Shown here piece by piece: positions 16,430 to 34,336 of a DNA stretch of 64,000 bases. Position 1 is the stretch's first letter; each line of letters starts with the position of its first letter. The notes under the pieces are model-generated. The model was not told where the DNA came from. It searched no databases and saw nothing but the letters and a program-made list of their open reading frames with translations. The DNA lies in NCBI RefSeq assembly GCF_009914755.1, contig NC_060932.1; one strand, given 5' to 3'. A program made the translations under genes and the position numbers. This DNA is from the human T2T-CHM13v2.0 reference genome, Homo sapiens.

Positions 16430-17400
16430 TCTTTATTAACATTTACATTCTTATCTGAGCCCTTATTTGCCTCAACTATTTGGGTCTAAGTTTTATATTT
16501 TGATAGTTTTAATGAATATAGCTAGTTCCTCCATAACATGATTTTTTATTCCTAAATTTTTTATTTAATTCATGTATTGGTGGGCTAGATTCATCAAATG
16601 GTTTATTAAAGAGTTTACAGGATTGATATATTCCTACAGTCTTTGCATAATGTTCTCTGTTGCTTTTACATATAAACAACAATTTCACTAGATATAAATT
16701 TCTCGCACACTTGTTTTTCCAATACTCAGACATTGCTTTACTGTTTTCTAGCATTGAATGTTAGTACTGTGAAGTGTGAGGCCAGCCCCTTGTAGGAACC
16801 TTATTTTTCCTCTGGGTGCCCACACAGTCCTTTTTCCTGAAGTTCAATAATTTCACTGTTGATTGTTTTGTATCTTTTTTTAGGAATATATTAAGATCTT
16901 CCTTAATGTCAGGGAAGTTTTCTTCTATTATGTCTTTGAATATTTTTTCTGTTCCATTTGTTCCATTTTTCTTCAGGAACATCAGTCATGGGTATGTGGA
17001 ATCTCCTTTGTCAGTCTTACATGTCTGTCATCTTTTCTCTGATCATTTTTATCTTTGCGCTTTTCCATTTTATTTTGATTTTTCTCAAGCCTATCCTCAT
17101 GTCACTGTTTGCAGTACTGCCCTACGTTTTGCTGCTTCTAATGTGATTTTTCTTCATTAGTGGTTTTACTGTTTTCTTCATTTTCTTCTTTAGGCTCTGC
17201 TAGCTCATCTGTTGTCTCATAATTTTTTCAACCTCTTGTGTCTCTTCAGTTTATTTGAGAGTATTGAGAAGAATATGTTGAAAGTTAATTCTTCTGCCTC
17301 TTGCTAGTTAGGAATTTTTCTTCCTTTTCTGCTAGCATCAGAGGAAAAGAGTAGATGCCATGTTTTAGCCATTCTTCTTTTGAATTGATGGAGTTTTCTC
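16430..17400 (-). mobile_element. Old L1/HAL1 remnant (ORF1 region)
   Basis: Minus ORF 16761-16982 contains EKIFKDIIEENFPDIKEDLNI, similar to the L1 ORF1p motif EKIFEEII.ENFP.L. Confidence 0.6.
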
Positions 17401-18832
17401 TGGGCTTTTGTTTGCTAAAAATTATCTGAAGCATCTGGAGGGTTTATTCCTAGTTTTATATATGTGTCTAAACACACTCTCACAAGACCTGCTCCATCCT
17501 CTTACCTGGGGTATGTCTTACTTCAGCCTCATCATAGAGGGAAGTCACTTGGTTCAACTACTACTATGTTACAACTGGACTTAGTTTTAATAATTGGTGT
17601 TTACTATTTCTAGTTGATTTTGTTGAGGACTCCCTTCTCTACCCTTCAGGCAGTATCAGTGATTGTGTTTTATAACCTTTAGAAAAACGTTTATTAACAG
17701 GCTGCCAGGCCAGATGTAGCCTACATAGAGGTGGCCCTCATTGTGATTTTACAGTTTTTAAATTACTTGATGACATTTGAAAATCATTAGATTATGCTTA
17801 AGAATGAAGATTTCTGACTTCTCTTTAAAACACTCGACCTGCAATCCTGCCTTCTCATGTGGCGTCAGTGGGCTGAATCAGAGTTGTTGTTTCCCCTGTA
17901 GATTAGCATATACTCTGTTTCACTATGGTGTCCACCACTGCCCAGTTGTCTGAGGACTACGATAATATGCCTAGAAATTCTTCTTCCTTAAAACCAATAA
18001 TTCAGCAGGTATATAAGGAATGGCGGATTGTGGCTAAGCAGAGAATGTGAGCCCCATCTAGAGAATAGAGAAGGAATCCCCTTGTACTTACAGATTACTG
18101 TAAGCATTTGAGTTTGGAACCCTTCTTTAGAAGAAATTGCTATTGAAAAGAACCTTTTAGAGATTGGGTTTATCTTGTAATACCTTTATCTAGTTGGATT
18201 TCGCATATTGGACTTTAAAATGGGTGGTAAAAGGTTAGAGATTGCTTATCACATTTAAAGATTTAACCTTTTAAATTTTAGTTTCATTTTTAATGCAATG
18301 ACAATAAAGTTAAAAGTGTTAAATAGCAGCAGTGCTGTGTATCTCGGTATCACCTGCAAATGTATATTAAAACCTGTTGTATATACATCCTAGAGTGCTT
18401 GTAAGAGTTAAGAATACAAAAAAATACATGGCTTTTGCCTTTGAGAAACTTACAGTCTGATGGATGGGGCAAGTCATGTGCATAAAAATGAATTAATATT
18501 GTGAGGTTGTTACAACAGAGTATTCAGTGACTGATATTAATACAAATACACTGGAAATTGCCTCAAAAAATTGTTGAAATGGGATTTAAGCTGAATTGAA
18601 GTTGAGGAGACATACCCAAGCAAAAGTGTGGCATACAAATAAGCATGTTATATCTATATGAGGATCAGTGAATTTGTAGTTTGGCCACATCGAAACTAGC
18701 AGGTAACTTAAATGGAGAGCCAGATCATAGAAGAACTTGGATAGAGGGCCAAAGAATTGGGCAGTGGAGTTCTTAAAGACTGTTGAGCAGAGGTATGATG
18801 TATATATGAATATATTTAAGATCTGTTTTTAA

Positions 18833-19048
<216 letters not shown>

Positions 19049-19300
19049 TGACTTTATTATTATTTATTTAAGTTTGTTACAAATGTATTAGAGAAGGCTT
19101 TTAAAAAAAAAAAAAGGATAAGCATTATATTTGCTATTCACAAGTTTTGTTACCAAGAAAGTTTCCCTGGAGAGTGTAAAAATATATTTTTTGAGTACCT
19201 GTATAAAATCAAGATTATGAATATGAAGATTATGTTTATACAGCCACTTAGTCTTTAAAAGTCCTTTCATTTTTAAATTTAAAACCCATTTATAGTATGA

Positions 19301-19633
<333 letters not shown>

Positions 19634-19789
19634 TACTTTTCAATAAAAGGAAAATCTGAGCTATCTAATAATTGTATTTGATTGTTTTTGGAATTTTAAG
19701 CGCTTTGCAGAAGCCCTTATGGAACTATTGTCTTTTGGGAAGTGTTTGTATTTATTTATTTACGTATTTATTTACACTTTATTATCTAT

Positions 19790-21100
19790 TAATTCATTCA
19801 GCAAAAATTTATTGACAGCCTACTGTAATGCCAAGCACTGTTTTAGGCTCCAGAGATGAAAAGAATACACAGTCCCTGCTCTCAGGGACCTAAATTCCAT
19901 TAGATAGAAATGAGTAATCAATAGATATATTCTGAAGGAAAGAGTGTGTTGCTTTTTTTATATGGTATGGTTAGAGGAAACCTCACTGATGGATGACACA
20001 TGAACAGAAATTGAAGAAAGCTAGGGACTGAATCATGCAGATATCTTGGAGACTATTCTAGGCATAGGGAACAGCAAGACAAAGGCTCTAATGTGGGAGT
20101 GCATTCTTGATTGAGAAAGAGACCAGTATAATTGCAGCAGAGGATATGAGAGAGAATGTAATAGGAGATGAGATTGAGAGATGCTGTGTGGGACCTTTAG
20201 GAAATTCACATAAGAGTTGAGTAGGGCAATGAGTGACCTGATCTAACTAACATGATCTGACTTAAATTTTATTAAGCTTGCTTTACGAGTATGTAGAAGA
20301 CAGACTATAATTGGGGGCATAGGAAAACATGGATAGAAGCAGGAAAATCATTTGTAACAATCCAGGTGAAAGATAATAGTGGCTTGGACTTGTGTCTTCT
20401 AGCAGTGGAGGAAGTGAGAAGTGATTTGGATTCTGGGTATATTGCGAAGTTAGAACTAACAGTTTTCTGACAGATTAGATGCAGGGGTGTGAGAGAGAGT
20501 CAAGTATGGCAACAATATTTATGGCCAGCTTGTCTGGTTGCAAATTTTGGGTATGGGAGAAATCCAGAATATTTAGGTTTGGCTTGTTAAGTTTGAAGTA
20601 GACATCCACATGGAGATGTAAAAGAGATAGTTGGAGGTATAAGTCTGGCAATGAAAGGATATTTAGTTTGGAGATAGGCATTTGGGAATTCTTGGCACAT
20701 AGAGAGTATTAAAAGGCAATATGATTGTTTATAGAGTGAGTATGGATGAAGAAGTTGTTCAAGGACAATTATAGTCAGGGAGATAAGTAACCAACAAAAG
20801 ATCTGAGGTAGTAGAATCAAATAGGAGTGGTCCCCAGAGGACAAGGGAAGAAGAAAGTGTGTTTCAAGAAGGAAGACATGGTCAACCGTCATATGTTACT
20901 GATAGACTGAGCAAGATGAAGCCTGGGATTTGACCATTGTATCTGCAAAGGTGAAAGTTATTCATGAGTGGTAGGGTGGAAAGACTGATGGGAGTAAAAT
21001 CAAGAGAGAATGGAGGGAGAGTGGATACAGCAAATATAAACAAGGAATCATAGAGAATTGGTCACTAACTGGAAATGCTTATGGAGTCAAGAATGGGAGG
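19790..21100 (-). mobile_element. L2 (continues ~23020-23900)
   Basis: ttcattcagcaaaaatttattgacagcctactg...ccaagcactgttttagg L2 3' end on minus strand, purine-rich body. Confidence 0.7.
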
Positions 21101-21444
21101 AGAATAAAACATTTGTATTGCTGATAGTGATGACTAAGTATCTTAGTCTGTTTTGTGTTGCTGTAAGGGAATACCAGAGGCTGGATAATTTATAAAGAAA
21201 AGGGGTTTGTTTGACTGTGCAGGCTGTACAAGAAGCATGGTGCCAGCATCGTCTTCTGGTGAGGGCCTCAGGCTGCTTCCACTCATGGCACAAGGGGAAG
21301 CAGCGTGTATGAAAGTCACATGATGAGAGAGGAAGCAAGGGTGGGGAGGAAGTGCCATACTCTTTTTAAAACCAGCTCTGTAGGGAACTAATAGAGTGAG
21401 AACTCACCAGGGCATTAGTCTATTAGTTGCAGGTCAAAATTCTT

Positions 21445-22960
<1,516 letters not shown>

Positions 22961-23468
22961 AGCTGGGGGATCACATTTCAACATGAGATTTGGTGGAGAC
23001 AAACATCTAAACTATAGTACCAAGTTAGAGGATAAAGAATTTGATAAAGTCAGAATATAAGGAATATGAGAGCAATGGGCTTGAGTTGGAGAGAGGAGGA
23101 GATTTATTTAGCACACACACCAAGTGATGGAAAGATTATCTATAATAAGATTATATGGATTCAGATGCTAGTAGTGAGCAGATATAGTAGAACACAAAAG
23201 TTTTCTTCTGGTTGCTTCTGTTTCCTCTGTGAAATAGGAAGTAAGATCATCAACTCAGAATAAGGAGTGGGGAGAAGTATTTGAGGAAAGAAGAGTAGGA
23301 ATGAAATAGTCATCTAGGAAAGTGGGAGAGTGAATGCAGTAGGGAAATGTGATTACCAGGAAACAGACCAGTGATGAAATACAACTGTCGGTCATAGAGC
23401 AGTCAGCTTGGTTGTTTATGCATTTCTAGCATGTTCCATTGCCTAGGTACAGGCATTGAGTAACCTGA

Positions 23469-23835
<367 letters not shown>

Positions 23836-24366
23836 TTGAAGGTAGTTATTTTAATGATTGACTATGGAATCTAAACTGAGTAAGGGAAGACATAACTTCA
23901 TGAGGGGGCTAAGGTAGTATTAATAGCTTCAGTGGATTTTTTTAGTTCCCCAAAATTGGTGGGAGTCTGGGGCTTCTGTGTTGGCTGTTGTGAATAGGAG
24001 CGAAGGCACGATGGGGTTAGTCCTAAAAGCCTCACAGGCAGCAGTGAGAGTAAGAAACGAACGAGAGAGCTGCCTTTTCAGGTGCACAGGGCCCTTTTAT
24101 ATTTCCTTATCCAGTTAGGTTAATTCAATTTATAAAACATTTAGGAAGATTGAGGCAGGGTATGGTAATAGAAGTCTTTTATCATCCTATACAGTTTTTG
24201 ATATATGTTATATAGCTATGTGTTATAAAATAGATTGTTTTAACTTTGTTTTTCATACCTAGCATTTTATATAATATTTTAGTTTTCATGATTTATGCCA
24301 TTCACTTACTGAATGCTTTGTTTACTTGTGAAGTCTCATGATTTTTCTTTTATCATTGTTCTCTAA

Positions 24367-24573
<207 letters not shown>

Positions 24574-24589
24574 TAAGTCATTTTTTTGA

Positions 24590-24784
<195 letters not shown>

Positions 24785-25114
24785 TAAGGTGATATACCTT
24801 ATTAAGCTTAATTTCTAGAACACTTCAGAACTAAATCCTCTCTCTGTACCCTTAATTTCATCCCCTTTTCATGCCTTTGGGAAGTTCTTCTCACCAGTAC
24901 CAATGTTCTTGAAAAAAGAGAATATATGTTGCTTCATTTTCCCACTGCCATTTGCTGTAACCATTCTACCATTTCCCTTTCCATGTCATTTTCCCTTTTT
25001 TAACTTAGGCTTTTAAATAGTGCTCACCACAGCCTGTTTCTTGAAACTCAGTGTTTTCTTGAATTCCATGATCCTATGTCATACTGATTTTCTTTACATT
25101 CTCTTGTTTTAAAT

Positions 25115-25405
25115 TTTTGTTTTTAGAGAGAGTTTCACTCTGTCGCTCAGGCCGTCGTAGTGGCGTGATCATAGCTTACTGCAGGGTTGACCTCCTGTGC
25201 TCAAGCAATTCTGCCTTAGTCTCCTGAGTAGCTGGGACTACAGGCTTATACTACCATTCCCAGCTAATTTAAAACAATTTTTTTTTTTTTGTAAAGATAG
25301 GGTCTCACTGTATTGCCCAGGCTGGTCTCAAACTCTTGGCCTCAAGTCATCCTCCTTTCCTCAGCCTCCCAAAATGCTGGGATAACAGGGTGTCACCATC
25401 CTGGT
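25115..25405 (-). mobile_element. Alu (AluJ)
   Basis: Diverged antisense dimer. Confidence 0.88.
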
Positions 25406-25569
25406 CACTTGCTCTTTTTTAATGGCAGTTCTTTAAATCTCCTATTTCCTAAATGTAGGCATTTTTCCAAGATTTTATTTCAACCTGCTTCTCTAAATAT
25501 TCTGCTAACATAGCTTCAATTTTCTGTTAAAGTTATATCTGAACTTTAGAAATAATTTCCATTTGCCAG

Positions 25570-25885
25570 CCAGGTAAGTCCAAACATTTTCAGGAAAGAA
25601 CCAGGCAGTAAACTTTTTAGGCTTACAGGCACATTTCTTATTGCAACTACTCACCTCTGTGGTATAGTGCAAAGGTAGCTATAGACAGTGTATAAATAGA
25701 TGTGTGGCTGTGTTCCAGTAAAACACTTGTAGACACTGAAATTTGATTTTGTATAATTTTCATGTCCCAAAATACTTTTAATATTTTTCAATCATTTTTT
25801 TAAAATGTAAAAACTATTCTTAGCTCAAATGCTGGACAAAAAAACCAGATGATTAGGCCCATGGGCCGTAATTTGCCAGCACGTG
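25570..25885. mobile_element. MER58-like hAT-Charlie element
   Basis: gcaactactcacctctg..gcaaaggtagctatagac..gtggctgtgttccagtaaaac..aatttgcc. Confidence 0.7.
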
Positions 25886-27204
25886 AACTACAGATGACGC
25901 ATCTTAAAATGTAATGGGCCTAAAATCAAACTTTTCATTTTTCCTAGATATTGCCTCCTACTGATGTCTTCTATGAATAGTACTACCATTTTCACCCTCT
26001 TAGATGCTAGCTGTCATCTCTGTCTCTTTCAGATTTTTTGTTTTTTATATTTGTTTTGAAAATGGGATTGGATTATACACATTACTCCGTAGCTTACTTT
26101 TTTTTGTCTTAAGGACAGTACAGTTAAATCTAACTCATTTTTTAATAGCTAGGTACATTGTGGTGTATTTTTTTCTATATTCTTCAGCTATTCCTGTCAA
26201 TAGAGATCATTTAGGTTGTGTCCAGTTTGGGCCACTGCAAACAAGACAGCAGAAAACTTCCTTAAGCATGAATCCATACATCCTGCTACTTGTTTTGTGG
26301 GCTAGATTTTTAAAAAGTGAAGTTACTGGGTCAAAAAGTATTTAATAGATACTGCTATGTGGCTTTTGTAAAATGTCACAGCCCTTCTTTTTTCCCTTCT
26401 TGTAAATTGCTATGGCCTTTCAAATTTACCCCCTTAGTGTCTCTGCTTACCAACTTTAATGTACCCTTCTTAGCTTGGCATTCTTGGCCTCTTCTTATTT
26501 TTCTGCTAAACCAGTCATCTCTGAGTGAGAGAAGTTACCAATAACTGATTTTCTTCCTTTATACTTTTGTACTCTGTTAGGTATTTTTGTTTTGCTTTAT
26601 TCTACAGTGTGCATTTATTACGCTAGTTGGAAAAAAACAGTAACACTATATTTTGAGGAAAATATATTCATCAAAAGATCATGCATAAGGCACTGGACTT
26701 TCTATATTTGTTAAGCCTGAGCCTTCCACAAAGTCCAACAAAAATAAGTACCACAATCTAAGTGGTTAAAAAAAATGCTATCAGTGGTTTCAAATATCAA
26801 AAACAGTCTAAATAAAATTTCACTATGTAAGATGTATATTCACTTTCTGTAAAGTTAAGCACTGTTTCAAACATTTTATCACTGTAATACTATTGATAGC
26901 TAATCATGAATGCAGCAATTTTTGGAGGATTTTGTTTCAGTCTCAAATAATAACAGACTTTAGTCTTGTTTTTTAATCTTGCTCTTGAAAATTATATGAT
27001 AACACTCTTGTTTAGTTGTGATACCTTATTTTTAGTGCACAAAATAGGCCATCAGTGAATCTATAAGTAAATGAATGGTGGAAATATATATGAAGTACTA
27101 CTGGAATCCAAAGTGGGAAGAGAGCTATTGTTTCTGCTGGGAGGAGTCAGGAAAGTTCTTCATAGGACATTATGTATTAGACTATGTCTTAAAAGATGCA
27201 TGAG

Positions 27205-27510
27205 AGGCTGGTGGCTCCTGCCTGTAATCCCAGGACTTTGGGAGGCCGAGGTGGGTGGATCACTTGAGCCCAGGAGTTCAAGACCAGCCTGAGAAACATG
27301 GCAAAACCTCATCTCTACAAAAATAAATAAATAAATAAATAAAATTTTTTTAAAAAATTAGCTGGGCATGGTGGTGTGCACTTGTAGTCCCAGCCACTAT
27401 GGAGACTGAGGTGGGAAGATCACCTAAGCCCAGGGAGGTCAAGGCTGCAGTGAACCAGGCAACCGAGTGAGACCCTATGTTATTAAAAAAAAAAAAAAAA
27501 AAAAAAAAAG
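27205..27510 (+). mobile_element. Alu (AluJ) with deletion in the right arm
   Basis: Dimer with expanded (AAAT)n linker and A-tail. Confidence 0.88.
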
Positions 27511-28614
27511 ATACATGAAAGCTTGCCCGATAGAGGGAGATTTTGGTACAGGGAAAACAGCAAGAGCAGAATTGACGTATTAAGGGGATAAGTTGATGGT
27601 GAGAATTAGTGGCTATAGTGGAGCCTACAGTGATAGCTAGGTTTAAAATTACCTTGGTTTACAATTTGGTTGAATAGAAGGTGAGAAAATGAAAACACTG
27701 AGTAAGGTGTACTCTTATAATGAGTGTGGTGGTAAAGGGAGGACAGAGTAATTTAAAAGAGACACTGGGTTAAAGGAAGGGTTTTTGGAAAAGAATAGTC
27801 TGAACACCTTTGTGGACAAATGGGAAGAAAAGTTGGAGTTGGAGTTGAGGATACGGGACAAAGAGGGTTTAGTAATTGAAGAAAAGTTTTGGAGGCAGCC
27901 TTAGAAAAGCATAAGGCCAGCTTCCTCTAGAAAGCAAAAAGAAGAGTTAGAAATGGGAGGAGTGTGAACAGCTTGGCTTTCTCTTCATCGTCTAGAATCT
28001 GTGGCTTCTCTGTATGAGGTGGTGTATGCTGCTTCTTTAGGTAGTTCTTTTCAGATCCATCTCCTTTTGGAATCTCCTTTTACAGATTTTGTGTCACTGA
28101 CAGATTTTCTTCCTTATTTCCTTTCTGTCATACTTCCCTGCTCTTACAGCTGCTTTATATATGTCTCTTCAGAATGTTTTGTTTTCATCTTAATTGAGTT
28201 CTTCTATTCTAGTTAGGAAATCTTCGTGTTTTCCAATAAAACAGCAGGTAAAGAACCTGTTCTCCAGCCTTAAGCCCTCTCAGACCATAAACCTACACCA
28301 GCACATGGCCTGTGAACATATGGTCATTACATACTGAGACAATCCCTTGCCTTGCTGGTGTGGAAGGCTTTGAGTCAGAGTCCTCAGGTCTGTCACGGCA
28401 ATGCTTGGTGTAAGAAGAGCCTGTTAAATGACTAGCTGTTCCTTCCCGGTGGGCACATGATATTTGGATTTATTTGTCTAGATATAAACAGGAAATAATT
28501 AGTGCTAGGATTTGGCTATCTTACTAAATAGTGAAGAACCTCCTATTTATTTTCTTTCTTTTTTCTGTGTTTTCCTTTCCTATTTATTTTAAAAGCATCC
28601 TTTTTAATAGTTAA

Positions 28615-28986
<372 letters not shown>

Positions 28987-29309
28987 TAATTTAGTGCTTT
29001 TACAGAACAGTGTTCACACATTTTAAAATCCTGTAGCACAATCTTGAATCCTCTCATTTGTCCTGATGTCAAGGTGGTATTTATTCTAGCATTGGGTAAG
29101 AGTCTTAATTATGTTCTCTGAACCATATAATTCCATGAGCACAAAATCATCAATCAGTGTCACTTGTTAGGGGTCTTGAAGAGTTGTTGGAACATTATTA
29201 ATAATTCTGAAATTTCAGTTTAGTAGTGAGTTGCTTCAAAGATCAGAATTTTAAGTCATGAGTTCTTAGTGGTCTTAACTGTATTTAGACTTGTTAGAAG
29301 TATATCAGG

Positions 29310-30075
29310 CATGTGATAAAATATATCTTAAAATATACCATCTTAACTATTTTTAAGTGTTCAATAATGTTAAATATATTCACATTGTGCATCCAACCTC
29401 CAGAAATTTTTCATCCTGCAAAACTGAAACTCTATGTCCATTAGACAAGTCCCCCTTTTCCCCAGCCCCTGGCAACTACCCTTCTACTTTGTTTCTGTGA
29501 GTTTGACTACTGTTGATACCTCCTATGAGTGAAATCATACAGTATTTTACTTTCTGTGACTGGGTTATTTCACTCAGCCTAATATCCTCAAGGTTCATTC
29601 GTCCTGTAGCATGTGTCAGAATTTCTTCCTTTTTTAGACTGAATAATACTCCATTATAGAGTATTATGTACACTACCACATGGTATTATCCATTTGTCCC
29701 TTGAGGGACCTTTGTGTGGCTTCCATCTTTTGGCTGTTGTGAATAGTGCTGCTGTGAACACAGGTGTACACATATTTCTTTGAGATCCCGTTTCTTTTGG
29801 ATATGTACCAGGAGTGGTATTGTTGGATCATATGGTAATCCTCTATTTAATTTTTTGAGGAACTACCATACTGTTTTCTATATCAGTTGCATCATTTTAC
29901 ATTCCTATTAAACATGTAGAAAGATTCCAGTTTCTCCACATCTTTCCCAACATTTATTTTCTGTTTCTTGTTTTGGTTTTTTGCTTGTTTTTTTAATAGT
30001 ATCCACCCTAATGGGTGTGAGGGGATATCTCATTGTGGTTTTGATTTGCATTTCCCTAATGATTAGTTATCAAGA
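29310..30075 (-). mobile_element. L1MB 3' end
   Basis: cccagcccctggcaactacccttctactttgtttctgtgagtttgact...; L1MB 3'UTR motifs. Confidence 0.8.
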
Positions 30076-30321
30076 ATTTTCTAAAGCTTATTTTCCCATA
30101 TAAGTTAGGACATAGGCTGGGCATTTGAATAGTCCTTGGCATTTCCTCTCTGCCTGCTTTGGGTGTGCTATTTTAACTGCAGCCATCTTGGGCCTTTTAT
30201 TAAGAAACTTGGTTCTTTCATGTAATCAAATGTGCATATGAAAAACAGCACTTCAGATTTCATACAGTAATATTCCTATGTAGGATTTAGCCTTCTGGCA
30301 AGTCTGACTAACCTAGGAAGT

Positions 30322-30650
30322 ACAGTCATCTCTCGGTATCTGTGGGAGATTGGTTCTGTAGGGCACCTGTGGACACCACAATCCATGGACACTCAAGTCC
30401 TTACAATTACATTATATAATAGGATAGTATTTGCATATAACCTACACACTTCTCCCTTACACTTTAAATCATCTCTAGATTACTTATAAATACCTAATGC
30501 AATGCAAATGCTATGGTAAATAGTTGTTATACTATATTTTTAATTTTTTTATTTTTTTTAATTGTCATATTATTCTTTTTCTCAAATATTTTCAATCTAC
30601 CATTGGTTGAATCTGCTGATACGAAAGCTGTTGGATATGGAAAGCCGATA
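30322..30650. mobile_element. MER2-like Tigger MITE
   Basis: ta|cagtcatctctcggtatctgtgggagattggttc...gaatctgctgatacgaaagc..gatatggaaagccga. Confidence 0.7.
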
Positions 30651-31389
30651 TATATGAAAACCAGGACTCTGAACCTGACTGACATAGACTGTCACTAATC
30701 CTGGTTACCATCTTCCTTAACAGTTTGCTTACACAAATTAACAGAAACATATTAGAAGATTAGCATGGAAGACATTTTTAGAGTAGTATTTATTAATCTT
30801 TTTAAAAACCATCGACTTCATTTTTAATCTGAAGATGGACATCTTGCATCCTCTAAATTCATACACCTAAATATTCCATACCTCCAATTAAGAATGCCCA
30901 TGTTAGAGGTGCACTCAGAGAGGGATGTTATAGTGGGAGCCCTATATTGAAGTGGAGATGAAACTAAAACGGGAGATCAAGAAGCATAAGAATAGGAACA
31001 TACAGTTTATGTACCCTTGGCAGGGTTTATAATGTTCTCACATACTGCCCTGTATGTGGGAAGGCCATATGATACCTTTCTTTTACATATAAGATGACTG
31101 AAGCCCTTAATGATTATTTGCCTTGAGCTAATCAGTTAAGAGTACAGTTAAGAGTGCTAATCAATTAAGAGTGCAGAGCTGTGTGAGAAAATACAGATTT
31201 TGTCTTGTTTTGCTTTGTCTTGAGTTTTACACCTAATCTGTTGTTCTTTCTTCTACTGTCATTCATTGCCTCTCTTACCATAGTAATGGTTATTTATACT
31301 ATTATTCACAATAATGGCTATGCATAGTCACACCGCCCTTTTATAGGTTAACATCTGTTTAATGCTTAAGAAGATACAGTAGTCATTCT

Positions 31390-33405
31390 TTATGAAAACT
31401 CTTACCACACTAGGAATATAAGGCAACTTTCTTAGTTTGATAAAGGGAATCATCATCAACAACAAAAAACCTCAGCATTATTCTAAATGGTAATATTTTG
31501 AAAGTTTCCCATTGAGTTTGGGAAAAAGGCAAAGATGTCTACTCTTACCACTTCTATTCAATATTTTACCAAATACCCTAGCCAGTGGCAAAAGCAGAAA
31601 TAAGAAGTATAAAGATGGGAAATAAGTAAAACTGCCTATATTCACAGATGAAAACATGATTTTCAGCTTAGATTAGAAAATCCTAGGTAACCCACCAAAA
31701 AACTACTAGAAATAATAGTGAATTTAATAAGGCATGGGTACAATGTTAATTCTTTAAAAATCAATCGTATTTTTATGTATTAGCAACAGACACTTAAAAT
31801 TTAGATTTTGGTTTCATTTGTGAAAGCATCAAAAAATGAGCAAATTTAACCAAAAACACACAAGACCTCTATACTAAAAACTGAAAACATTGCTCAGAAA
31901 AATTAAGGAAGACCTAAATAAATGAAGAGATATACGATGTTATATTGTTAAAGTGTCAGTTCTCTCCAAATTGATGTAGAGATTGAACATCTCAGCAGAA
32001 TTTTTTTTATAGAAAGTGACAGGCTGATTTCAAAATTAGAAGGAAATACAGAGGCCCTAGAAGAGCAAAGCCAATTTTGAGAAAGGACAGACTTGGAGGA
32101 TTTGCATCACCTGATTTTAAGATTTCTAACACCATAGTAAATAAGATAGCGTGGTATTTGTGAAAGAATAGACAAATTGGTGGAACACTAGAATGTCCAG
32201 AAGTAGATCCACACCTACATTGTCAATTGATTTTCAACAAAAGTACTAAGATATTTCAACGTGGAAAGGGAATATCTTTTCAACAAATGATGTTGAATCA
32301 ACTAGATATCCATATGGAAGAAAATTAACTATAAGCCTACCTCAGTCCATATTTAAAATTAACTTTGACCTTACCTCTGCCCATATAATTATTCATGCTT
32401 ACAATTAAAAAGAATTATAAGCCTGAATGTGAAAGTGAAAAACATAAGAGAAATCTTGATGTAGGCAGAAGTTTTTTAGAACACAAAAAGCAATAACCAT
32501 GAAAGAAAAATATGGATACATTGGACTTCTTCAAAACTAAAAACTGCTCTTCAAAAGATACCATTAAGTGAAAAAGCAACCTACACCCTGGGAGAAACTA
32601 TTGAGACAAAGATCTTATATCTGGAATATATTAACAAAAAAACTCACGTAACTCAATAAAAAGATAAGAAAACATTTTTAAATGGACAAAGGCTTACTTC
32701 CCAATAGGATATACACAGATGGCAAGTAAATACTTGAAAAATGCTTATTAGTAATTGGGGAAATGCAAATCAAAGCACCACTTTGAGATAGTGTTGGTAG
32801 TTTCTTGTAATGTTAAATGTACATCTACCTTATGGCCTACCAGTTCTACTGTTAGGTGTTTATCAAAATGAAATGAAATATATATCCACACAAAGACTCA
32901 TACATACATGTTAATCATTTTATTCATCAATGCTAAAAATTGAAAGTAACCTAAATGTTCATTAACAAGTGAATGGATAAGCAAATTGTTGTATATTCAT
33001 ATAATGGAATACTATTCAGTGATAGAAAATATGAACTACTGGTTCCAACAACAGCATGGATGAATCTCAAAAACATGTTGAGTGGGAAAAACAAAAGAGG
33101 ATGTGTGTATATGTGTATACACTATATATCATAAAAATATGTATGTATGCATATATATGACATTCTTAAAAGGACAAATATAATCTGTGGTGAAATCATT
33201 GATCACCTAAAACTAGAGATGAGGATGATTGTTTTGATTACAAAAAGGGGATGATGATTTTGATTACAAAAAGGGATATGATGGAAATATTCTATATCTT
33301 GATTGTAATGGTGGTTACACAGGTGTATACATCTGTTGAAAATCTTCGAACTATATACCTAAGTTTGTGCATTTTATTGTATGTAAATTATACCTCAAAG
33401 TTGAC
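31390..33405 (+). mobile_element. Old L1M (L1MC/ME) ORF2 remnant and 3'UTR
   Basis: ORF2-like phrases (caagacctctatactaaaaac, ttcaacaaatgatg) and end tgtgcattttattgtatgtaaattatacctcaa. Confidence 0.75.
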
Positions 33406-33659
33406 TTACGAAAAAAACTAAGAGATTAAGTATTACATATTTTACTATACCTAAAATAATGTTCATTTCATACATAAGTTGAGGTTGTTTGACAATTTCA
33501 CATAGTAGAATATTCCTAGAGAATATTATTCTGGATAAATTATTAATAGGAGGTTAGTATATTTTTTTATTTTCAAATATATAAGATAGCATAGATTTTT
33601 AAAAATGAGAACCAGAAATAGGTTTGGAACTAATGAATTTGGATAGCCAGTTTGGGGGA

Positions 33660-33665
33660 GATCTA

Positions 33666-33701
<36 letters not shown>

Positions 33702-33885
33702 TCTAGATATAAATCTATATATATAGATGTGTATGTGTGTATTTACACACACACACCATACCATATATACATAATGTGTGTATACATAATAGATACACAC
33801 ACACATCTAGATATAAATCTATATATATAGATGTGTGTGCGTGTGTGTGTAAATACACACACACACCATACCATATATACATACG
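33660..33885. repeat. (TCTG)n(TCTA)n microsatellite plus duplicated TA/CA/TG unit
   Basis: Directly visible. Confidence 0.85.
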
Positions 33886-34072
33886 GTAAAGGATACATGC
33901 TTTTCAGTATAGCTGTTTTTCTTGAAGAATACTCTAAATGCGGTTTTTGGTTTGAGTTCAATAAACATGGGTAAAATAAAGTACCAGAGAATCCTTTATG
34001 CTAAATTGCCACAGTTTTGTTATATTTGCTTATTGTGATCATTATATGCCATGCATATAGCTTTTCACATAA

Positions 34073-34336
<264 letters not shown>

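Noticed and set aside
28371-28377. AP-1 motif TGAGTCA (several copies in the introns)
   Set aside because: 7-mers occur at about this frequency by chance in 64 kb; no supporting context
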